64,000 nt of DNA from Rickettsiaceae bacterium (GTDB lineage: Bacteria > Pseudomonadota > Alphaproteobacteria > Rickettsiales > UBA1997): contig JAJTCH010000001.1 in assembly GCA_021323225.1 (NCBI GenBank), positions 147,408 to 211,407 of the forward strand, in the 5' to 3' direction. Both the position numbers and the translations under genes were made by a program. Positions 44,381-52,482 of the stretch are shown here, piece after piece; position 1 is the first letter of the stretch, and each line of letters opens with the position of its first letter. Below the pieces are notes generated by a model. The model searched no databases and had not been told where the DNA came from. It saw only the letters and a list, made by a program, of their open reading frames with translations.

Positions 44381-46189
44381 ATGAACGGCGAATTAATTTT
44401 TGAAATATTCATATTTTTAGTGGCTTCTTGCCTTATTGTGCCAGTTGCCAGGCGTTTTAAATTAAGTGCGGTAATTGGTTATTTATTTGCTGGAATTGTA
44501 GTTGGCCCGGCCTGTTTTGGCTTTATTACTGATGCTGAAAAGGTGATGCATTTTGCTGAATTTGGGATCATCATGATGCTTTTCATCATCGGGCTAGAGC
44601 TTGAGCCTTCAACGCTTTGGCGGTTGCGCAAATCTATTATTGGCATTGGCGGGTTTCAAATTATTTTAACCACATCTGCTTTCACTTTAATTGGCCTTAA
44701 ACTTGGTCTTGATTGGCAGGCTAGTTTAGTCATTGCCCTGGCTCTTTCTTTATCTTCCACGGCTTTGGTTCTCAATCTTTTGCAGGAAAAAAATCTTTTA
44801 AACAGCAAGATTGGCGAAACCTCTTTTGCTGTTCTTTTGTTTCAAGATATTGCCGTAATTCCGATTCTAATTTTAATTCCCTTTCTAACAAAAAGTGGCT
44901 CAACAAATGCCACGGTAACAAAAAGTTTAATCTCTAATTTACCGGCTTTGGCTCAGGCTTCAATTGTGGCTGGTGTGATTTTGGCGTTGATTGTGATTGG
45001 CCGATATTTCTCGCGTTATTTATTTTTGGCGGTTGCCAAATCCAACTTGCGTGAATTATTCACTGCCTTGTCTTTGTCATTGATAATCGGCATTACTTTG
45101 CTCATGAAATTAATCGGGATTTCTCCGGCACTTGGTGCATTTATTGCCGGTGTGGTTTTGGCCAATTCAGAATATCGCCGAAGCTTGATAACTGACATTC
45201 AGCCTTTCAAAGGCCTGCTTCTTGGTTTGTTTTTTATCTCGGTTGGAATGGGAATGGATTTTATCCTTTTGCGCTATCAACCTGTAAAAATTCTAGCTGC
45301 TGTTTTCGTCTTGATGTTTGTAAAAGCCGTGATTTTGTGGCTAATTGGCAGGGCTTTTAGAATTTCTAATACAAATAGTCTGGGCTATGCCGTTACTTTA
45401 TGCCAAGGGGGAGAATTTGCTTTTGTGCTCTTTCAATTTGGCGGCAATTTAGGAGTTATCGAAAATAAAGAAGTTAAATTTTTAACTCTGGTTGTGGCTC
45501 TTTCTATCGCCATCACGCCTTTCGTGATTTCATTTTTTAATTTCGTGATTGATAAATATTTTAAAGCCTCACTGGTTGAAGATGAATTTGACGAAATCGA
45601 CCAGAAAAATTCAATTATCCTTGCCGGCTTCGGCCGCTTTGGCCAGGTGATCGGGCGTTTTTTGATGGTTGAAGGTTTTAAAGTTACGGTTTTAGAAAAA
45701 GACCCTGATCAAATTGAGCTGCTGCGCAAATTCGGGTATAAAGCCTATTACGGCGATGCCACGCGCTCTGACTTTTTACGAAGTGCCAATGCTGATAAAG
45801 CCAAGCTTTTGATTATTGCCGTTGATGATGTCCAAAACAGTCTGGCAATTGCACAAATGGCTAAGGAGGAATTTCCTTCCCTAACAGTTTTTGCCAGGGC
45901 TCATAACCGTCAACATGCCTATGATTTGCACAAATTGGGAGTTGATTATTTCAAGCGTGAATTATTTGATTCTTCTCTGGCAATGGCCGAAGACATTGTG
46001 GTGTGGCTAGGCAAAAATAAGGATGAAGTAAATCTCAAAGCCAAAAAATTCAAATGTCACGATGAACAATCTTTGAAACATTCCTTCCAATTCTTCGAAG
46101 ATGAGCCGGCAGTAATCAACTTCGCCAAAACCCGTCGTGCGGAATTAGAGCGGATTTTACAAAGTGATAATGTTGAGAAGGATTTATAA
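44381..46189 (+). CDS. Glutathione-regulated K+/H+ antiporter, KefB/KefC family (CPA2 plus RCK/TrkA-N)
   Basis: A CPA2 membrane domain of about 390 aa is followed by the Rossmann motif ILAGFGRFGQVIGRFL. Confidence 0.85.
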   Translation: MNGELIFEIFIFLVASCLIVPVARRFKLSAVIGYLFAGIVVGPACFGFITDAEKVMHFAEFGIIMMLFIIGLELEPSTLWRLRKSIIGIGGFQIILTTSAFTLIGLKLGLDWQASLVIALALSLSSTALVLNLLQEKNLLNSKIGETSFAVLLFQDIAVIPILILIPFLTKSGSTNATVTKSLISNLPALAQASIVAGVILALIVIGRYFSRYLFLAVAKSNLRELFTALSLSLIIGITLLMKLIGISPALGAFIAGVVLANSEYRRSLITDIQPFKGLLLGLFFISVGMGMDFILLRYQPVKILAAVFVLMFVKAVILWLIGRAFRISNTNSLGYAVTLCQGGEFAFVLFQFGGNLGVIENKEVKFLTLVVALSIAITPFVISFFNFVIDKYFKASLVEDEFDEIDQKNSIILAGFGRFGQVIGRFLMVEGFKVTVLEKDPDQIELLRKFGYKAYYGDATRSDFLRSANADKAKLLIIAVDDVQNSLAIAQMAKEEFPSLTVFARAHNRQHAYDLHKLGVDYFKRELFDSSLAMAEDIVVWLGKNKDEVNLKAKKFKCHDEQSLKHSFQFFEDEPAVINFAKTRRAELERILQSDNVEKDL

Positions 46190-46233
46190 AATTTCATGGG
46201 CGAGAATGCGCTGGTAATTTCTTCTGAATTTTT

Positions 46234-46890
46234 TTAGCGCTGAAATTCGCCATTCTTCAAAAAATAGATTACTTGTTTTTGAACTTCTTTATTGGAAGGA
46301 AAAAGAGTGTGTGATGCTCTCACTGTTATATGATCTTTCATTCCTTCCAGTTTAGTGCTTTCAACCGATACTTTCCCATCATTTTTTCCTGGAATAATTG
46401 CCCAGCATATTGGGTCTATCGATACGTTTCCTGCAATAATTCCTAGCTCATAATTAATTTTCCCAAAAAGATTTTTTATTGTGGTTTGATCAGTTATCAA
46501 TTGCTGTCCTGCCGGGCCGTAAATTTTTTTATAAGGCCAAAAATTTTTCAGAAAATTTGCAATTTCACTTCCTTGATTTGGTGGTGCTAATTGAATAACT
46601 CTGCCTAAATTTTTATAATTATATTTGTGAAGCAAAGCGCGAACCATAAGACCGCCCATTGAATAACCAATGAAGTGAATCTTTTTATCTTCGGTAACTT
46701 TTTTAGAAATCTCCGCCTGTATAAAATCCGTCAGATTTTCTATATTATGCGATGTTGAAGGATAATCTAAATTGATGACGTCAAAACCTGCCTCTTCAAT
46801 TCTATTTGCTAGTTTCTTCATGTGATTACTTGATCTGGCAATGCCATGTAGAATTATCACATAATCACCTTTTAGAGCGCTCTGATTCAT
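46234..46890 (-). CDS. Alpha/beta hydrolase (esterase/lipase-like)
   Basis: Shows ILHGIARSS and the nucleophile elbow GYSMGG. Confidence 0.7.
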   Translation of the reverse strand: MNQSALKGDYVIILHGIARSSNHMKKLANRIEEAGFDVINLDYPSTSHNIENLTDFIQAEISKKVTEDKKIHFIGYSMGGLMVRALLHKYNYKNLGRVIQLAPPNQGSEIANFLKNFWPYKKIYGPAGQQLITDQTTIKNLFGKINYELGIIAGNVSIDPICWAIIPGKNDGKVSVESTKLEGMKDHITVRASHTLFPSNKEVQKQVIYFLKNGEFQR

Positions 46891-46965
46891 TGAATTGATT
46901 GAAAAATGACTTCTTAACTAAAAATATTAATGGAATAATAATTTGATGTTTTAATCACCAGATTT

Positions 46966-47592
46966 ATGAAAATATTTTCCGCAATTCTTTTTGTAATTTT
47001 TGCTTCCGCCTCTATTGCAACAGCCCGTCCCGTTGCTTATCCGGGTGGTGTTAGCTTTATGCAGCATAATGATTATGCCGCTAATAGCATTCATTTAAAT
47101 TACACTTTAAACGGCAAAGACACTGTCGGTGTGATGTCGGAATATCAGCGTCAGGATAAATTTTGGTTTCACAGTGCGCAATATACCAGAGTTTTGCGGC
47201 GCTGGAATCAGGATGATTCGCAAGGGAATTTATATTTTATTGGTGGCTTAGGTGGAGCGGAAATGAAGAATAATTCTAAAAGCGGGGGGTTTGGTGGAAT
47301 TGAGGCTGATTTCGAAGATCGCAGATTTTATCTATATTATAAAAATTCTTTAATGAAGATGGATGGAGAAGATAGTTTCTTCCGCGAGACGGCAAGAATT
47401 GGTGTGGCTCCTTACAAAGGCGGATATGATGATTTGCAAACCTGGTTTATGTTGCAATTGGATCATACTCCATATTTAAAAGATAATTTTGTTGCCACGC
47501 CTTTGGTAAGAGTTTTTAAAGATGAATATTTGGTTGAGTTTGGTGCTTCCAGCAACAAGACTATTTTATTTAATTTTATGACATTTTTCTAA
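46966..47592 (+). CDS. Putative outer-membrane beta-barrel protein
   Basis: It has a signal peptide (..ASASIATA), alternating aromatic/hydrophilic strands and a C-terminal ..FNFMTFF. The MerP-like gene starts 14 nt downstream. Confidence 0.45.
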   Translation: MKIFSAILFVIFASASIATARPVAYPGGVSFMQHNDYAANSIHLNYTLNGKDTVGVMSEYQRQDKFWFHSAQYTRVLRRWNQDDSQGNLYFIGGLGGAEMKNNSKSGGFGGIEADFEDRRFYLYYKNSLMKMDGEDSFFRETARIGVAPYKGGYDDLQTWFMLQLDHTPYLKDNFVATPLVRVFKDEYLVEFGASSNKTILFNFMTFF

Positions 47593-47605
47593 CCATTAAT
47601 TTTTT

Positions 47606-47896
47606 ATGAAAAAAATTTCTGCAATTTTATTTTTGACTTTTTTAGTTTTAGCAAATTTTGATTCAGCCTTTGCTGCCACACAAGTCAAGGTTAAGGTGAG
47701 GGGATTGGTTTGTGCTTTTTGCGCAAAAAATATTGAGAAATCTTTTATGAAAAAATCTGAAGTGGAGAAAGTTAAAACTGATTTAGATACAAAAATTGTT
47801 ACTATTGATTTGAAGGATGATCAAAAGTTAAGCGATGAAATTATAAAAGATGTTGTAACCAATGCTGGTTACAATGTTGTAGAAATTAAACGCTAA
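47606..47896 (+). CDS. Periplasmic heavy-metal-associated (HMA) protein, MerP-like
   Basis: A signal peptide is followed by the metal-binding motif GLVCAFCAKNIE and a ferredoxin-like HMA layout. Confidence 0.75.
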   Translation: MKKISAILFLTFLVLANFDSAFAATQVKVKVRGLVCAFCAKNIEKSFMKKSEVEKVKTDLDTKIVTIDLKDDQKLSDEIIKDVVTNAGYNVVEIKR

Positions 47897-47913
47897 CATA
47901 ATTTGGTTGTTTC

Positions 47914-48020
47914 TTCTGGATTGCCGCGTCGCTTCACTCCTCGCAATGACGATACGGGAAGTTGTAACGCAAAAGTCTCAACCGTCATTGCGAGGAGTGA
48001 AGCGACGCGGCAATCCAGAA
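47914..48020. repeat. Palindromic MITE-like repeat, copy 2 (perfect 38-bp arms)
   Basis: ttctggattgccgcgtcgcttcactcctcgcaatgacg (47914-47951) is the exact reverse complement of 47983-48020. The loop is 31 nt. Confidence 0.9.
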
Positions 48021-48064
48021 AGACGCAATTAGACTGTAAAATTTGAACGATACGAGTCTTAATC

Positions 48065-48430
48065 ATGAAAAATTTCTTATCTTATCTATCTCTTTTTACA
48101 TCCATCGGAACTTTATTTTGTTGTGCCTTGCCAGCCCTTTTTGTATTGCTTGGAGCTGGTGTCGCCTTTGCCGGTTTCAGTGCTCTTTTTCCACAGCTAG
48201 AGTGGATTGTTGAGCATAAAAATATCATTTTTATTTTTGCCGCTTTAATAATTTCGCTAAACGGATTCTTGCTCTATAAAAACCGAAACGCTCCTTGCCC
48301 AATTGATCCGACATTGGCTAAAGCTTGCACTAATGCAAGAAAAGTGGGCAAGATAGTTTTTTACTTCTCGCTGATATTTTTTCTAACTGGATTTTTCTTC
48401 GCTTATTTGCTGCCTATTTTCTACAGCTAG
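48065..48430 (+). CDS. MerT-like inner-membrane metal transporter
   Basis: It is colinear with MerT as I remember it. TM1 carries CC-x-x-P (LFCCALPALFVLLG), and there is FIFAAL, a cytoplasmic Cys pair (APCPIDPTLAKAC) and the C-terminal LLPIFY. Confidence 0.65.
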   Translation: MKNFLSYLSLFTSIGTLFCCALPALFVLLGAGVAFAGFSALFPQLEWIVEHKNIIFIFAALIISLNGFLLYKNRNAPCPIDPTLAKACTNARKVGKIVFYFSLIFFLTGFFFAYLLPIFYS

Positions 48431-48558
48431 TTTACAAAAATTTTACTACCGGCCTTTTCCTTCCTATATAAATTTTATCTCTTCTTCCTGTCTATTGAGC
48501 TGGGTATATCGCCATGGAGCGGTTTGCTGTTTCTATTAAACTAAAATAAGGAGAATTT

Positions 48559-49011
48559 ATGTTAGGAAATGAAGATACTGTAGAAGGCCTGTTATCTGAT
48601 TTAATCAAACTGGATTATGACGCAGCAGAAGCCTATGAAGCGGCTATAAATCGCCTTGATGACAGCCAGTATAAAAGTCATTTGAGAGAATTTCGCCAAG
48701 ATCATTTGCGGCATACTAAAAATCTGGGCGACATCTTGCGCAACATGAAAAAGAATATTCCTGATGGTCCTGACGCTAAACAAATTTTAACTCAAGGAAA
48801 GGTGGTGATGGCTAATATGTTTGGCGATGTGGCAATTTTAAGGGCCATGAAAAGCAATGAAGATCAAACTAATGAGGCTTACGAAAAAGCGCTAAATCAT
48901 AAGGGCGTTACTTCGGAGGTAAAAAAAGTTTTGGAGCAAAATTTACAAGATGAAAGAAGGCATAGGGAATGGATGATCCAACAAATTGAAGCCGCTAATG
49001 ATGAAGGCTAA
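48559..49011 (+). CDS. Ferritin-like four-helix-bundle protein (DUF2383 / PA2169-like)
   Basis: Shows LSDLIKLDYDAAEAYEAAINRL, FRQDHLRH and the C-terminal LQDERRHREW. Confidence 0.55.
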   Translation: MLGNEDTVEGLLSDLIKLDYDAAEAYEAAINRLDDSQYKSHLREFRQDHLRHTKNLGDILRNMKKNIPDGPDAKQILTQGKVVMANMFGDVAILRAMKSNEDQTNEAYEKALNHKGVTSEVKKVLEQNLQDERRHREWMIQQIEAANDEG

Positions 49012-50258
49012 GAAAATTTCACATTACTGATTATTAGAGGGCTGTGAGGTAAGGCGGGAACCCTTGTTAGATTAATATCTAAATTTTCTCCCTTAACCTC
49101 ATAGCTAATTTTTTTAACTAAAAAATTCAGGGCAGTGTTGATTAGTTGGATGGCGATAAATTCTCCAGGGCAACGGTGATGCTGGTTATAAGAGCCTCCG
49201 CCTTGTGGGATAAAACTAAATTGATCGGCGGTGAAATTGATAAAGCGTTCCGGATAAAATAATTCGGGCTCTCTCCAAATTCTAATATCGTGATTGGTTC
49301 CATAAATATCCAACATTGCTCTGGTTCCTTTTTTAAAATTAAAATCTTCCCAATTAAAATCTTCCCTCACTCTTGCTGCAACTGCTGGAAAAAACGGATA
49401 AAAACGGCGCACTTCTTGTGTAAAAATCTCTAATAATTTTCCATTGCCATTTTTGATTTTTTCCCGCCATTTCGGATTTTTGTAAAGAGCATGAGCGGTT
49501 TGTAAAATGAATACAGAAATTGCCACTGTTGGCCGCAACACATTAAGCAGTTCAACTGCGGCAATTTTTGATTTTAACAACTTGCCGTCAAAATCGCGAA
49601 AGTTGGAAATGACATAAGCGGCACTATCAGATGCGGGATGCAATTTATTATCACGAATTGATTTGACGATTCTGGCAATCCATCTTTCACAATCTTTGCG
49701 CGCTAAAATTGCCTTCCAATGTCTTGGGCCAATTGCGCCGGCGCCATCAAACATTGCTTTTAATTTTTTACTGCGGGAAGAGATTTCTTCTTCCATCAGC
49801 TCAATGCCAGACCATTCACAAATTGACGCGGTGAGAATTTCGCAAAGCTGATCATAGAAAATTATCTGCTGACTTTCTTGCCATCTTCTTGCATAAATTT
49901 CCCACCATTTTTCATTTATCTTTGAAAGCTGCTCAATTTTTTGTTCATCCATTAATAGATCAACAAACATTTTTTTCCGGTGTTTGTGTTCTTTGTCATC
50001 TAAGCCTTGCACACCGCCTTTCCCAAGTAAGGTTCGTTTTATGCGACCGGGCATGGCCTTTTTCCTGGTGAATTTTGTTTCATCATAAAAAAGTTCTGCT
50101 GCCTTTTTGCCGGTCATGCAGATTGTTTTTCGCAAAAGGAAGCGGGTTATAAAAATGTCGCTGCCAAGTTGTTTTGATTTCTCTGAGATATATTCGTAAG
50201 GGTGGAGAAGAAAGGAAATTGTGCTGTCAAAATTGTCATCGCGGTGGAGGGAGGCCAT
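49008..50258 (-). CDS. Cytochrome P450, CYP152 family (fatty-acid peroxygenase type)
   Basis: The N-terminus DSTISFLLHPYEYISEKSKQLGSDIFITRFLLRKTICMTGKKAAELFYD..F.R..AMP.RI is colinear with P450BSbeta/OleT. The heme Cys is in HHRCPGEFIA. The two stop codons share 4 nt with the convergent gene. Confidence 0.8.
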   Translation of the reverse strand: MASLHRDDNFDSTISFLLHPYEYISEKSKQLGSDIFITRFLLRKTICMTGKKAAELFYDETKFTRKKAMPGRIKRTLLGKGGVQGLDDKEHKHRKKMFVDLLMDEQKIEQLSKINEKWWEIYARRWQESQQIIFYDQLCEILTASICEWSGIELMEEEISSRSKKLKAMFDGAGAIGPRHWKAILARKDCERWIARIVKSIRDNKLHPASDSAAYVISNFRDFDGKLLKSKIAAVELLNVLRPTVAISVFILQTAHALYKNPKWREKIKNGNGKLLEIFTQEVRRFYPFFPAVAARVREDFNWEDFNFKKGTRAMLDIYGTNHDIRIWREPELFYPERFINFTADQFSFIPQGGGSYNQHHRCPGEFIAIQLINTALNFLVKKISYEVKGENLDINLTRVPALPHSPLIISNVKFS

Positions 50259-50274
50259 ATCAAATTCTCATAAA

Positions 50275-50682
50275 CTAAAAATTAAAAATTACATTTTTCT
50301 TTAAATCAGGATGAAGACTCAATGCAACAGGGCAAGAATTGGCAGCATCTCTAAGCATTTGTTTTTGAGATTCATCAAAACTGTTTTTTGGAAATTTAAA
50401 TTCAACGATAATCTCAGAAACTTTGCGTGGAGTTGACGACATAACTTTCGTTACCTCACATTGTGTATCGTCAATATTTAAGCCCTTATTTTTAGCTGCA
50501 ATCCCCATTATCGTCAGCATGCAGGTGGCCAGCGAAGTTGCCAACAGATCAGTTGGAGAAAAGGCTTCGCCTTTACCGTTATTATCAACCGGTGCGTCAG
50601 TGATCAAAATGGACTTCGACTTTAAATGGGTTGATTCAGTTCTTAAATCTCCCAAATATTTAGTTGTGATTGTTAGTGGCAT
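50275..50682 (-). CDS. OsmC/Ohr-family peroxiredoxin-like protein
   Basis: 135 aa with the two conserved Cys contexts LATCMLTIMG and ANSCPVALSL. Confidence 0.8.
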   Translation of the reverse strand: MPLTITTKYLGDLRTESTHLKSKSILITDAPVDNNGKGEAFSPTDLLATSLATCMLTIMGIAAKNKGLNIDDTQCEVTKVMSSTPRKVSEIIVEFKFPKNSFDESQKQMLRDAANSCPVALSLHPDLKKNVIFNF

Positions 50683-50755
50683 AAAAATTATGAGTTATTA
50701 TTCCCGCTTCTTATTTGAAGAGGTAGGTAGAAAATTCTATATGCCTCATTCACAA

Positions 50756-51418
50756 TTAAAAGTTAAGTTTTAGTCCTACATTATAGGCCATAATACCGTC
50801 AATTATGTCTATATCGCTTGCAATATATTTTGCGGTTGCCCTTAAAGAGGCTCTGTCTTTTATAATATCAGCTTCAATACCGGTGCCAACATCAATACCA
50901 AATCCACGCTGATTTCGTGCTTTTGATTCTACAAGCGAAGTATCGTCAAACTCATTGATTTTATATTTATGGGAGATGTGAGATAAGCCCAATATTCCAA
51001 GTAATTTAAAGCGTTCGTTAGAATCTAGCGCGATATTCCCTACTGCATCCAAATTAATCATTCTTAAACTGCTTTTGCTTGCAGTTCTTACGGGTGGGTT
51101 TGAGCCAAAATTCCAAGTTACACCGGTGTCATTATTTATTTTTTTTGCATCATTTTTTTGAAAATATCCAAGCTCAAGGGCAATATTTTTTGTTATTTGG
51201 TATCCAGCAAATAAGTTGTAGTTATCGAGTTTGTTTTTCAAATAATCTTTTCCATCGTAGGTTCCAACAAGCCAACCACGGATGAAATTTCCGCTATCGT
51301 AATTAATGTCATTTATTTGATATCCAGCTCCAATATAGAAAGGATTTTCTACTTCAGCCGCATAAGATTTGCATGAATAGATGGTAAGAATGGCGGTAAT
51401 TAGAATCAGCTTTTTCAT
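50756..51418 (-). CDS. Outer-membrane beta-barrel protein (OmpA-like 8-strand / porin family)
   Basis: It has a signal peptide (..CKSYA), amphipathic strands such as YIGAGYQ, LFAGYQIT and LELGYF, and ends ..GLKLNF. Confidence 0.65.
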   Translation of the reverse strand: MKKLILITAILTIYSCKSYAAEVENPFYIGAGYQINDINYDSGNFIRGWLVGTYDGKDYLKNKLDNYNLFAGYQITKNIALELGYFQKNDAKKINNDTGVTWNFGSNPPVRTASKSSLRMINLDAVGNIALDSNERFKLLGILGLSHISHKYKINEFDDTSLVESKARNQRGFGIDVGTGIEADIIKDRASLRATAKYIASDIDIIDGIMAYNVGLKLNF

Positions 51419-51481
51419 AAAGATTAAATTTGCTATTGATAAAAATTGTCCAGAGAGAAACTCATGGAAGAATAAAAAATC

Positions 51482-51521
51482 ATAAATTTTCTATATAATT
51501 CGAAGCTCTAAATATATAAAA
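51482..51521 (-). promoter_or_regulatory. Bipartite upstream element, copy D
   Basis: In gene orientation it reads ttTATATT tagagcttcgaattat atagaaaatttat. The 13-mer starts 76 nt before the ATG at 51418. Confidence 0.4.
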
Positions 51522-51714
51522 AATATAAAAAAACTCTTCTATCACGCAGCTAGCAAGGACGCGGCTCTACAAAAATATTTTGATGCAAAATAACTTCTTG
51601 GTTTCTATAAAAAAGTGATTTTATACTAGACCAAAATCTTTGCGTTTTGCTTCAAGATTTTATTTTCATCAGACAATTTGCTGATGTTTTATTTCAATCA
51701 AACTAGGAGAAATT

Positions 51715-52308
51715 ATGAAAATTAATAAAACCGCCCTCAATATAATAACGCCGCTGTTGGCAGTTGTTGCTTTATGGTCTTGTAAGACGACAGAAAAACC
51801 GGTTAACGATTGCAGTATGGTTTTTGAAGAGTCTAAGGATTATAAGGATGATGACTTTACTGTTTCTGATTCCGCAGTCTCTGTTCCTGCTGCTCCTGCA
51901 TCTACTTGTAAGGTTATGTCGGTTAAGATAACTGATGATAGCAAATGCCAAATTGCCTCGTCAGACTCAATCAATAATCTAGCTAAATCCCTGGATCACC
52001 CGCAAGATAACCGCAGTGCTCTTGTAGTGCCGCTAGAAAATTTGACTGAGAAAATGTCTTATTCGGATATGATGAAATATTATTTCGTCAAACTCAAAAT
52101 CGAAGAGCATTTTGATAGTGAACTTTTTGAGGACATCAAAGATGCTCCTTATAAAGGCATGACCTGTGATATTGCTGGTAACAAGCTTACAACTTGGATA
52201 GGGGAAGGTAAGGCGGTTGTAGTTTTTGCTGAGAAGGAAAAACCTAAAGCTTCTTCTTCAACAACCAAGAAGAAAACTACTACCAAGAAAAAGAGTGTGA
52301 CAAAATAG
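51715..52308 (+). CDS. Putative lipoprotein with a Lys/Thr-rich tail
   Basis: It has an aggag SD and a signal ending ..VALWSC. The C-terminus is SSSTTKKKTTTKKKSVTK. Confidence 0.5.
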   Translation: MKINKTALNIITPLLAVVALWSCKTTEKPVNDCSMVFEESKDYKDDDFTVSDSAVSVPAAPASTCKVMSVKITDDSKCQIASSDSINNLAKSLDHPQDNRSALVVPLENLTEKMSYSDMMKYYFVKLKIEEHFDSELFEDIKDAPYKGMTCDIAGNKLTTWIGEGKAVVVFAEKEKPKASSSTTKKKTTTKKKSVTK

Positions 52309-52482
52309 AATCTTTACAAAGATAGTTCTTATTGTTTAGGGCAATTTATTTTTTAAATTGCCCACCTCTTACTATAAATTTTTTAGCAGATTTTGTAATG
52401 TCGATTATCAGATAAATGCCGATAAATTTTAGGACTAGTCTGTCCTTAGATTCGTCTTTTAAACAGCCAGCCATAGCAAATA

